Shown here: piece after piece, positions 37,040 to 45,028 of the stretch | How positions within the stretch are numbered: the stretch's first letter is position 1 | Layout of the letters: the number at the start of each line of letters is the position of its first letter | From: Fibrobacteria bacterium | GTDB lineage: Bacteria; Fibrobacterota; Fibrobacteria; UBA5070 | Direction of reading: 5' to 3' | Assembly (NCBI GenBank): GCA_035604215.1 | Contig: DATNIW010000025.1 | Location: forward strand, 14,824 to 78,823 | DNA length: 64,000 nt | Made by a program: the position numbers and the translations under genes | The notes under the pieces: model-generated | What the model saw: only the letters and a program-made list of their open reading frames with translations | The model's database searches: none | What the model was told of the DNA's origin: nothing

Positions 37040-38620
37040 TCAGGGGGCGATGTAGATCGTGGAGGCCCCGGAACCGTAATCGCCCCACCATTGGAGCACC
37101 TTGATCCCCTGCCGCGGAGCATCCCGCGAGGACGGGTTCCAAAGGTTGGCTCCAAGGAGCCACGGACCCTCCCAGCGGAACAAGACCCGTCCTTGGATGT
37201 CGCGCATCTCCACACCCAGGTGCCCTTGCGTCTGGGCCGAAGAGGCCGAGAAGAGCAGCGGTCCGCGGGATGGAGACCAGACCTGAGGCAGTGGCGACCC
37301 TCCACCACCCTGGGACAGGATGGGCTCCAGTCGACCGACGCGCGCCAGGCTGGGGACTCCCCACCCCCGCTTGGGATCGGGCGAGACGTTCGACGTTCCG
37401 GAAGCTCGCAGGGCGAGCACGAGATTTTCGCCCGCGATTCCAGGAGCCATCTGGAGCGAAAGCACCGCCATCCCCGCCACGAGAGGCGCGGCGAAGGACG
37501 TGCCGGCACCATAGGTCCTGTAGCCCGGGCCGGGGCCCGCCACCGGATCGTCGCAGCCGGGAGCATCGACATCCGGCTTCGTGCGACCGTCGTAGGTGGG
37601 TCCCCAACTTGAAAATCCGCACAGTCCGTCGGAGATGTCCACCGCACCCACGGTCAGGACGGAATCCGCGTCGGCGGGAGAGCCGATGGACTCGGAGCCG
37701 ATGACGTCGCCGTCGTTCCCCGCCGCGACGACCACCACGACGCCGTGCTTGGCGGCATCCGTGGCGGCGATCGAGCCCGGGATGGTCCGACCGTCGAAGG
37801 CGCTCCATGGGTACATGGGAATCTGGTCCTGCGGGTCCACCCATCGGAATCCCAGCGAGATGGAGATGACATCGGCTCCGTGGTCCACGGCGCGGACGAT
37901 CGCGGAGGCCAGGTAATCCTCCTCCACGATGGTGTCGTCGGGCGCGTCGGTCTGGACCCGATAGAAGAGGAATCTCGCGTAGGGAGCGATCCCGGGGAGG
38001 AGCGAGTCGGAACTGGCGACCATCGCGGAGGTCTGGGTTCCATGCATGTCGTAGATTCCCGCGGAATCCCACGGCAAGGTGTCGGGTCCGAGGAAATCGT
38101 GGGCGTCTCCGATGTCGGCTCCCTGGAGCATCGGGTGGGTGGGCTGGAAGTGTCCATCGATGAAGGCGATGGTCTTCCCCAGCCCGGGGAGCTCGCCATT
38201 TGCCAGAAGGTATTTCCGGGCCGCATCGATGCCCAATGTGTCCCAGATCGCCTTCAGGAGGCTGGTGTAGGGGTCCACGCTGGCGGCTCGCGCGGAGAAG
38301 GGATGGGGCGCGACGACCACGGGGGTCGGGTTCCTTCGCCCCACCCCGACCGGACCCGCATCCACCACTCCGGCGGGAAGTGGTTCCCCGCCGGGGGGCG
38401 GCACGGCGGAGACCATGTTCTCCCATCGGAACCTGGCGCGCAGCGTCCATCCCATCTCGCGCAGGGAATCCAAGAGGTCTTCGCGCAGCGGGGCGTCTTC
38501 CCAGGCCAAGGACCCCCGGACGGGTTCGGCGGACCCCTTGTCGGGGAGGCGCAACCACCGTGGACCCGTCGCCGCCGCGACCAAGCCCGCTGCGGCCAGA
38601 ATCGGCAGAGACGCGCGCAT
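37040..38620 (-). CDS. S8-family (subtilisin-like) serine peptidase, secreted, with C-terminal beta-rich extension
   Basis: 526 aa from ATG 38620 with signal peptide 'MRASLPILAAAGLVAAATG'. Catalytic triad contexts: 'IAFIDGH' (Asp), 'HGTQTSAM' (His), 'GTSFAAPLVAGMAVL' (Ser). The C-terminal roughly 80 aa form a separate domain. Confidence 0.8.
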   Translation of the reverse strand: MRASLPILAAAGLVAAATGPRWLRLPDKGSAEPVRGSLAWEDAPLREDLLDSLREMGWTLRARFRWENMVSAVPPPGGEPLPAGVVDAGPVGVGRRNPTPVVVAPHPFSARAASVDPYTSLLKAIWDTLGIDAARKYLLANGELPGLGKTIAFIDGHFQPTHPMLQGADIGDAHDFLGPDTLPWDSAGIYDMHGTQTSAMVASSDSLLPGIAPYARFLFYRVQTDAPDDTIVEEDYLASAIVRAVDHGADVISISLGFRWVDPQDQIPMYPWSAFDGRTIPGSIAATDAAKHGVVVVVAAGNDGDVIGSESIGSPADADSVLTVGAVDISDGLCGFSSWGPTYDGRTKPDVDAPGCDDPVAGPGPGYRTYGAGTSFAAPLVAGMAVLSLQMAPGIAGENLVLALRASGTSNVSPDPKRGWGVPSLARVGRLEPILSQGGGGSPLPQVWSPSRGPLLFSASSAQTQGHLGVEMRDIQGRVLFRWEGPWLLGANLWNPSSRDAPRQGIKVLQWWGDYGSGASTIYIAP

Positions 38621-38630
38621 CCCCAACAGT

Positions 38631-40469
38631 TTAGCTCCCCTTGAACACGCCGACACCGGGGTTGCCGAGCGCCGCCAGAAACCGTTCTCCGTACCTGTTC
38701 GCCTTGGTCGCTCCCACTCCGTGGACCTGGACGAACCCCGGCATGTCGGAGGGACGTTTGGCCACCATGTCCAGGAGGGTCCGGTCGGAGAAGACCACGA
38801 ATGGAGGCACACCCTGTTCCTGGGCGATTTCCCGACGCAACGTCCGCAGGGTCTGGAAGAGGGACGGGTCGGCGGAGTGCGTTCCCGCGATCGATCTTTC
38901 CGCGACGGTCTTCTTAGCCCGCGTCGTCTCGACATGTCTCAGGGTCACTTCCCGCGCGCCTCGCAGGACCTCCCACGAACCGGAGGTCAGAACCAGGCGA
39001 CCATGTCCGGCCATGTCCACTCCGACCAGGTCGAGCGCGGCCAGTTGCCGGAAGATCCCTTGCCACTCGGCCTTGGGGGTGTCCTTCCCCACTCCGAACG
39101 TGGGCAGGGCGTCGTGTTGGAACCGCCGGATCTTTTCGGTGGAATCTCCCACCAGGACATCCACGAGATGGGCCGCGCCGAACCTTTCCCCCGTGCGGGC
39201 GACCGCGGAAAGGGCCTTCTGCGTCGCCACGGTCCCGTCCCAGGTCAGGGGCGGGTGACAGCAGTTGTCACACCCGCCGCAAGGCCTGGATCCGGACTCC
39301 CCGAAATGGGCCAGCACGGCCTGTTCGCGGCATCCCGCCGTCTCGCAGAGCCCAAGCAACTGGTTGAGCTTGTGCATCTCGATCCGTTTCCGGTCCTCGG
39401 GGGACTCGGAGGACTGGATCATGGAGCGCGCCACGGCGATGTCCTGGAACCCGTAGACCATCCAGGCGTCGGCGGGAAGCCCGTCGCGTCCGGCACGGCC
39501 CGTCTCCTGGACATAGGCTTCCACGGAACGGGGCAGATCCAGGTGGGCCACGAACCGGACATCGGGCTTGTCGATGCCCATCCCGAAGGCGATGGTGGCC
39601 ACCACGACCACCCCCTCCTCGCGTTGGAAGGCGGTTTGGACCCGGGACCGTTCCCCGGTTGAGAACCCAGCGTGGTAGGCTTCCGCCCGAATGCCTTGGC
39701 GCGAAAGCCATGCCGCGGTTTCCTCCACTTCCTTGCGGCTTTGGCGATAGACGATCCCGGATTCCCCCGGGTGCTCGCGGCGCAGGAATTCCAGGAGCTG
39801 CTTGCGGGGCTCCGCCTTCGGACCGATGCGAAGTCGGAGGTTGGGACGTGCGAACGAACCCAGGAACAGCCGACCGTGCTGCAACCCGAGCTTCTCGAGG
39901 ATTTCCTTCCGGGTGGGTATGTCCGCGGTGGCGGTCAGGGCGATGCGCGGAACACCGGGAAAGAGGGTCGAAAGCTGACCCAACTGCAGGTATTCGGGCC
40001 GGAAATCGTGTCCCCACTGGCTGACGCAGTGGGCCTCGTCGATGGCCACGACCGAGAGGGCCAACCGTCTCGCCAACGACTGGAACTTCTCCGAAAAGAC
40101 CCGCTCGGGGGAAGCGTAGACGATGTCCAGCCTTCCGGCTTCGAACTCCTGCTCCAACTTCCATGCCTCCGAACCGGTGAGTCCGGAATGCCATGCGGCG
40201 GCGCGTACCCCGTTCTGGCGCAGGGCGGCGACCTGATCGTCCATCAAGGCGATGAGGGGAGATATGACCAAACCCGTCCCAGGCCTGACGATCGCGGGGA
40301 TCTGGTAGCAAAGGGATTTGCCACCGCCGGTGGGCAACAGCACCAAGGCGTCGCCACCCGCCAGGAGGTGTTCCACGACTTCGGCTTGGGGCGCACGGAA
40401 ATCGGGGAAACCGAAGGTCTCGCGCAGGACTTTCCTGGCGAGTTCGGCTGGAATGGGGTCGGGAATCAA
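38631..40469 (-). CDS. recQ: ATP-dependent DNA helicase RecQ (TTG start overlapping upstream stop)
   Basis: 612 aa. '[19 protein letters not shown]', Walker A '[13 protein letters not shown]', DEAH '[15 protein letters not shown]', Zn-binding 'CGGCDNC', and a C-terminal HRDC-like region. The only in-frame start before the conserved N-terminus is TTG 40469 (TTGA overlap with the glycosyltransferase stop). Confidence 0.85.
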   Translation of the reverse strand: MIPDPIPAELARKVLRETFGFPDFRAPQAEVVEHLLAGGDALVLLPTGGGKSLCYQIPAIVRPGTGLVISPLIALMDDQVAALRQNGVRAAAWHSGLTGSEAWKLEQEFEAGRLDIVYASPERVFSEKFQSLARRLALSVVAIDEAHCVSQWGHDFRPEYLQLGQLSTLFPGVPRIALTATADIPTRKEILEKLGLQHGRLFLGSFARPNLRLRIGPKAEPRKQLLEFLRREHPGESGIVYRQSRKEVEETAAWLSRQGIRAEAYHAGFSTGERSRVQTAFQREEGVVVVATIAFGMGIDKPDVRFVAHLDLPRSVEAYVQETGRAGRDGLPADAWMVYGFQDIAVARSMIQSSESPEDRKRIEMHKLNQLLGLCETAGCREQAVLAHFGESGSRPCGGCDNCCHPPLTWDGTVATQKALSAVARTGERFGAAHLVDVLVGDSTEKIRRFQHDALPTFGVGKDTPKAEWQGIFRQLAALDLVGVDMAGHGRLVLTSGSWEVLRGAREVTLRHVETTRAKKTVAERSIAGTHSADPSLFQTLRTLRREIAQEQGVPPFVVFSDRTLLDMVAKRPSDMPGFVQVHGVGATKANRYGERFLAALGNPGVGVFKGS

Positions 40470-41218
40470 CCTTCTTCCGGCAGGATCTTCGGTTCGGCAT
40501 GGTTCGCCTTGCCGATTTCCCTTCCCAAGCGCAATCGGAATCGCGGGAGGTCGCGCAACGCCCGGAGAATCACCTTGAGGTCGGCACCCGTGGCCTTTCC
40601 GGCCGTTCTCGGCAGATGCGTGACCTCCACTTCGCCGATCCGGTATCCCAGCGCCTTCGCCCCGGCCAGAAGTTCGGTGTCGATGGAGGCGCCGTTGCCC
40701 TCCAGCCGCAGATCGGCCAGGATGCGCCTTCGGAACAACTTGAAGCCGCAATCGATGTCCCGGCAGAGCCGGCCGAAAAGAAGTCTCACCAGGGCCTTCC
40801 AGGCCATCGCGTTGATCCGCCGGATCAGCACGTCCTTGCGATCCGCCCTGTACCCGGATACGATGTCCGCATCCTTCGTCCGTCCGATCAGGAGACGGAT
40901 CTCGTCGAATTTGAACTGGCCGTCGGCGGGAAAAAAGGAGATCCAGTCCTTGGTGGACGCATGGAACCCGGCCTTCAGGGCGCCGCCATAACCCCGGTTT
41001 GGAAAATGCTGGACCAGACGGAATTTCGGGATCCGGGCCTTGAGGGCGGTCCCGATGGCTCCGGTGCGGTCGACGCTTCCGTCGTCGACGAGGATGATCT
41101 CGTAGTCGATCCCCAAATCCTCGAGGATGCCATGCACCTGATCCACAACGGTTTCGACGGTTCCTTCCTCGTTGTGGGCGGGCAGCACCACGGAAAGACC
41201 GGACAATTTCGTCTCCAC
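40466..41218 (-). CDS. Family 2 glycosyltransferase (dolichyl-/polyprenyl-phosphate sugar transferase-like)
   Basis: 250 aa, GTG start with GAGGT RBS. '[14 protein letters not shown]...[12 protein letters not shown]' DxD region and 'DADIVSGYR' are the GT2 DPM1-like pattern. Confidence 0.8.
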   Translation of the reverse strand: METKLSGLSVVLPAHNEEGTVETVVDQVHGILEDLGIDYEIILVDDGSVDRTGAIGTALKARIPKFRLVQHFPNRGYGGALKAGFHASTKDWISFFPADGQFKFDEIRLLIGRTKDADIVSGYRADRKDVLIRRINAMAWKALVRLLFGRLCRDIDCGFKLFRRRILADLRLEGNGASIDTELLAGAKALGYRIGEVEVTHLPRTAGKATGADLKVILRALRDLPRFRLRLGREIGKANHAEPKILPEEG

Positions 41219-41368
41219 AGAATTACCTCGGAAGGGTCGTTACCCCGATCGCGCCGATGGAACGGGATGGGTGCGAAATGTAGACACTGGATCGAAACAT
41301 CGAATTTTCGCGGATGTCGGAATCGACGAAAAGGAGCCTCATCCCTCTGGGCTACCTTTCACCGGAGA

Positions 41369-42274
41369 ATGCTTGAAATCCTGGTCAACGGACTGGCCCG
41401 CGGGGCCATCTACGCCCTGATCGCCCTGGGTTACACCATGGTCTACGGAATCCTGGGGATGATCAATTTCGCCCACGGCGAGATCTTCATGATCGGAATG
41501 TTCGGGTCGATCTTCGCCTTGGGCGCCTTGGGCTCGGCAGGGCTGGTGGGTGCCGGGCTCACCCTCCCCATCGCCATCGTCGCCGCCATGGCTCTTTCCG
41601 CCGGTTTTGGAATCCTCAACGAGCGGCTCGCCTACCGCAAACTCCGAGGCGCACATCTCCTGGCACCGCTCACCAGCGCCATCGGGATGAGCATCGTCCT
41701 GCAGAATTTCGTGATGCTTTCGGTCACGAAGGGAAAGCTGGACTTCCCCCGCGAGATCTCGGCGCCGCTCGCCCAGACGAAGTGGTCGGTGGGACCTCTG
41801 CACGTCACGGCCCTGCAGACCTTGATCTTCGCCCTCACCTTGGCCCTCATGGGCGGACTCTTCTGGCTGATCCAGAAAACCCGGGTAGGGGTCGCGCTCC
41901 GAGCCGTCGCCCAGGACCGGACCATGGCTTCGCTCTGCGGCATGCGCGTGGACGGGCTCATCACCCTCACCTTCGCACTCGGTTCGGCACTGGCCGCGGC
42001 CGCCGGAACCATGGTGGCCATGTACCAGGGGGTGGTTCGGTTCGACGCCGGGTACGAGATGGGGCTGAAGGCCTTCGCCGCCGCGGTCCTGGGGGGCATC
42101 GGGAACATTCCCGGCGCGGTGCTCGGTGGACTTCTGATCGGGTTGGTGGAAGACGTCACCAGCTACACGATCCGTTCGGAATGGAGGGAGAGCACGTCGT
42201 TCGCCATCCTGATCCTGGTCCTGTGGCTGCGTCCGCACGGGCTGCTGGGCGAGCGGGTCGCGGACAAGGTATGA
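41369..42274 (+). CDS. livH: Branched-chain amino acid ABC transporter permease
   Basis: 301 aa. 'NGLARGAIYALIALGYTMVYGILGMINFAHGE' is the LivH N-terminal signature. GGAGAA RBS. Confidence 0.88.
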   Translation: MLEILVNGLARGAIYALIALGYTMVYGILGMINFAHGEIFMIGMFGSIFALGALGSAGLVGAGLTLPIAIVAAMALSAGFGILNERLAYRKLRGAHLLAPLTSAIGMSIVLQNFVMLSVTKGKLDFPREISAPLAQTKWSVGPLHVTALQTLIFALTLALMGGLFWLIQKTRVGVALRAVAQDRTMASLCGMRVDGLITLTFALGSALAAAAGTMVAMYQGVVRFDAGYEMGLKAFAAAVLGGIGNIPGAVLGGLLIGLVEDVTSYTIRSEWRESTSFAILILVLWLRPHGLLGERVADKV

Positions 42275-43485
42275 CAGGCCGGTCGAGGCTTGTCCGGAGG
42301 TGGTCGGCCGGTCTCGCCGGAATTTTCCTCCTGACCGCCCCCTTTCTCTGGACCAAGGTGCACGGCGACCTCGCCACGGGAAACGTGCGGCTTTCCTTCG
42401 TCCCCTCAAACGCTCTCGGGTTCCTTTCCGTCGTGGTGCCCGGATTCGCCATCGGGGCGTCGCTGGTGTGGATGGCCGGCCTGTGGGGTCGCCTGGGTCC
42501 TCGCAGACCTCTGGTGGCCACTGCCGCGAACCGGCTGTTGGAAAGACCGTGGGCGCTGTTGGCCCTTGGCGCGGCACTCTCCTGTTCGGGGACCTTGATG
42601 TCCGCCAAAGCCCTTTCCCTGGGCTCGTTCGTATGCCTGTACATGATGCTGGCGCTGGGATTGAACGTGACCATCGGATTCACGGGATTGTTGGTGCTCG
42701 GTTACGCGGCCTTCTACGCCACCGGCGCCTACGCGTTCGCCTTGGTGGCGAAGTTCCTTCCCGGCTTCCCCGCTTGGGCGGCGTTTCCCCTGGGATTCTG
42801 CACCGCGGCCGCCACGGGATTCCTGGTGGGACTGCCCTGCCTTCGGCTTCGCGGCGACTACCTCGCCATCGTCACCCTGGGCTTCGCCGAAGCCTTTCGC
42901 GAGCTGGTCCGCAACCTCCCCGCCGCGGGAGGAGACATGGGACTGATCCTTCCGGACACCTCGCGCATCCGCGGCTTGGGTCCGCTGTCCGCGGCGCAGG
43001 CGGCGTGGATCTGCGGGGTGTGGCTCGTGCTCTTGCTGTCGGTTTCCGTCCACCGCCTCCGACATTCCCGAACCGGACGGGCCTGGATCGCCATCCGGGA
43101 GGACGAGACCGCCGCGGCGATGATGGGCATTCCCGTGGTGCGCCTGAAGCTCCTGGCGTTCTCCATCTCGGCGGGAGTGGGCGGCTTGGCGGGGGCCTAC
43201 TTCGCCGGGTTCACCGGATTCGTCGACCCGTCCACCTCCACCTTCGACCAGTCGGTCCTGGTCCTTTCCATGGTGATCCTCGGAGGCATGGGCAGCCTGC
43301 CGGGCGTGCTTGCCGGAGCGGCCTTGCTGTACCTGGTTCCCACCCTCCTGCGGGACCAGATCCCCCAGATCGCCGACTACCGGCTGTTCTTCTTCGGGTC
43401 CATCCTCGTGGCCATGATGCTGCTGCGGCCCCAAGGCCTCCTGGGCTCCCCGCGACACAAGCTGGAACTGGAGGGATCCGGTTGA
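42271..43485 (+). CDS. livM: Branched-chain amino acid ABC transporter permease
   Basis: 404 aa. 'LALGLNVTIGFTGLLVLGYAAFYATGAY' and 'TGRAWIAIREDETAAAMMGI' LivM motifs. ATG overlaps the livH stop (ATGA). Confidence 0.88.
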   Translation: MTGRSRLVRRWSAGLAGIFLLTAPFLWTKVHGDLATGNVRLSFVPSNALGFLSVVVPGFAIGASLVWMAGLWGRLGPRRPLVATAANRLLERPWALLALGAALSCSGTLMSAKALSLGSFVCLYMMLALGLNVTIGFTGLLVLGYAAFYATGAYAFALVAKFLPGFPAWAAFPLGFCTAAATGFLVGLPCLRLRGDYLAIVTLGFAEAFRELVRNLPAAGGDMGLILPDTSRIRGLGPLSAAQAAWICGVWLVLLLSVSVHRLRHSRTGRAWIAIREDETAAAMMGIPVVRLKLLAFSISAGVGGLAGAYFAGFTGFVDPSTSTFDQSVLVLSMVILGGMGSLPGVLAGAALLYLVPTLLRDQIPQIADYRLFFFGSILVAMMLLRPQGLLGSPRHKLELEGSG

Positions 43486-44258
43486 CCCCAGCGCTTTCGG
43501 TCCGGGACCTGGGGAAGTCCTTCGGAGGACTCGTCGCCGTGCAGGGCATCAGCATGGAATCGCATCCGGGCCAGATCTTGTCCATCATCGGACCCAACGG
43601 AGCCGGAAAGACGACGCTGTTCAACTGCCTTTCCGGCATCTATCGCCCCGACCGCGGATCCGTGTCGCTCGACGGAACCGACATCACGGGTCTCGCGCCC
43701 CACCTGGTCGCGCGACGGGGGCTGTCCAGGTCGTTCCAGAACATACGGCTGTTCCCGGAGATGTCCGTCCTCCAGAACGTGATGGTGGGACGATTCTCCC
43801 GGACTCCCGCCTTCCCTCTCGGTTTCCTGCTCCGCACTCCGGCGTGGAGGCGATCGGAGAAGGAGGCGGAACGGGTCTCCCTCGATCTGCTGGAATTCGT
43901 GGGCCTCGCGGACCGCGCGGATTCCTGGGCGCGGGAACTTCCCTACGGCCTGCAACGTCGGCTCGAAGTCGCCCGGGCCCTGGCGACGGAACCTGCGGTT
44001 CTCCTGCTCGACGAACCGGGCGCGGGCATGAATCCTTCCGAGATCGCCACCATGATGCGGCTGGTGGGATCCATCCGGGACCGCGGGATCGCCTTGGTGG
44101 TGATCGAGCACCACATGAGGCTCGTGATGGAGATTTCCGACCGCATCCTGGTCCTGGACCACGGCGAGCCCATCGCGGAGGGAATTCCTTCCGAGGTGCG
44201 CTCGGATCCCCGGGTGATCGAGGCCTACCTCGGAAGGTCCGAGGAAGACCATGTCTGA
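43482..44258 (+). CDS. livG: Branched-chain amino acid ABC transporter ATP-binding protein
   Basis: TTG start overlapping the livM stop (TTGA). Walker A 'GPNGAGKTT', signature 'LPYGLQRRLEVARAL', Walker B 'LLLDEPGAGM'. Confidence 0.85.
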   Translation: MTPALSVRDLGKSFGGLVAVQGISMESHPGQILSIIGPNGAGKTTLFNCLSGIYRPDRGSVSLDGTDITGLAPHLVARRGLSRSFQNIRLFPEMSVLQNVMVGRFSRTPAFPLGFLLRTPAWRRSEKEAERVSLDLLEFVGLADRADSWARELPYGLQRRLEVARALATEPAVLLLDEPGAGMNPSEIATMMRLVGSIRDRGIALVVIEHHMRLVMEISDRILVLDHGEPIAEGIPSEVRSDPRVIEAYLGRSEEDHV

Positions 44259-44967
44259 ACCACTGCTCCGTCTGGACGGCGCGCGCGCCGGATACGGCCC
44301 CAACGACGTCCTGGGGGGGGTATCCCTGTCGGTGGGGAAGACGGAAATCGTCACCCTGCTCGGGGGGAACGGCGCCGGAAAGACCACGACTCTGTCCGTG
44401 CTCTCCGGGATCCTTCCCTTGCGCTCGGGGCGCGTCCTGTGGGACGGAAGGGATGTCACCACTCTCCCGCCAGCCGAGCGACTGCGGGCCGGGCTCGTGC
44501 TGTGCCCCGAGGGTCGCCGCATCTTCGGGCGGCTCACGGTGGAGGAGAACCTCGTGGCCGGGGCCTGGGTCAGGGATCCCAGGCGCACACCCGACAAGTT
44601 GGAGCTGGCCTACACGCGGTTCCCCGTCCTTCGCGACCGTCGCCGCCAACTCGGAGGTACGCTCTCCGGGGGCGAGCAGCAGATGCTCGCCATCGCCCGG
44701 GCGCTGATGTCCGAACCCGGACTCCTGATGCTGGATGAACCCTCTCTGGGCCTCGCGCCGCTGGTCGTGGAAAGGATCTTCGCCATCCTGGTGGAGATCA
44801 ACGCCTCCGGGATACCCGTTCTGCTGGTGGAGCAGAACGCCCGCCAGGCCTTGCGGGTGGCGCACCGCGCCTACGTGCTCGCCACCGGCGAGATCGTCCG
44901 CGAGGGTACGGGAGCCGAATTGCTCGCGTCGGACGAGGTCCGGAGGGTCTACCTGGGAGAGGAATGA
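44251..44967 (+). CDS. livF: Branched-chain amino acid ABC transporter ATP-binding protein
   Basis: 238 aa. Walker A 'GGNGAGKTT', signature 'LSGGEQQMLAIARAL', Walker B 'LMLDEPSLGL'. It overlaps livG by 8 nt. Confidence 0.88.
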   Translation: MSEPLLRLDGARAGYGPNDVLGGVSLSVGKTEIVTLLGGNGAGKTTTLSVLSGILPLRSGRVLWDGRDVTTLPPAERLRAGLVLCPEGRRIFGRLTVEENLVAGAWVRDPRRTPDKLELAYTRFPVLRDRRRQLGGTLSGGEQQMLAIARALMSEPGLLMLDEPSLGLAPLVVERIFAILVEINASGIPVLLVEQNARQALRVAHRAYVLATGEIVREGTGAELLASDEVRRVYLGEE

Positions 44968-45028
44968 TCCCGGCCGAGGTGCCAGATTTTCCACCAAGCA
45001 GCGGCACGCCAACCGGGCTTGCGATACA

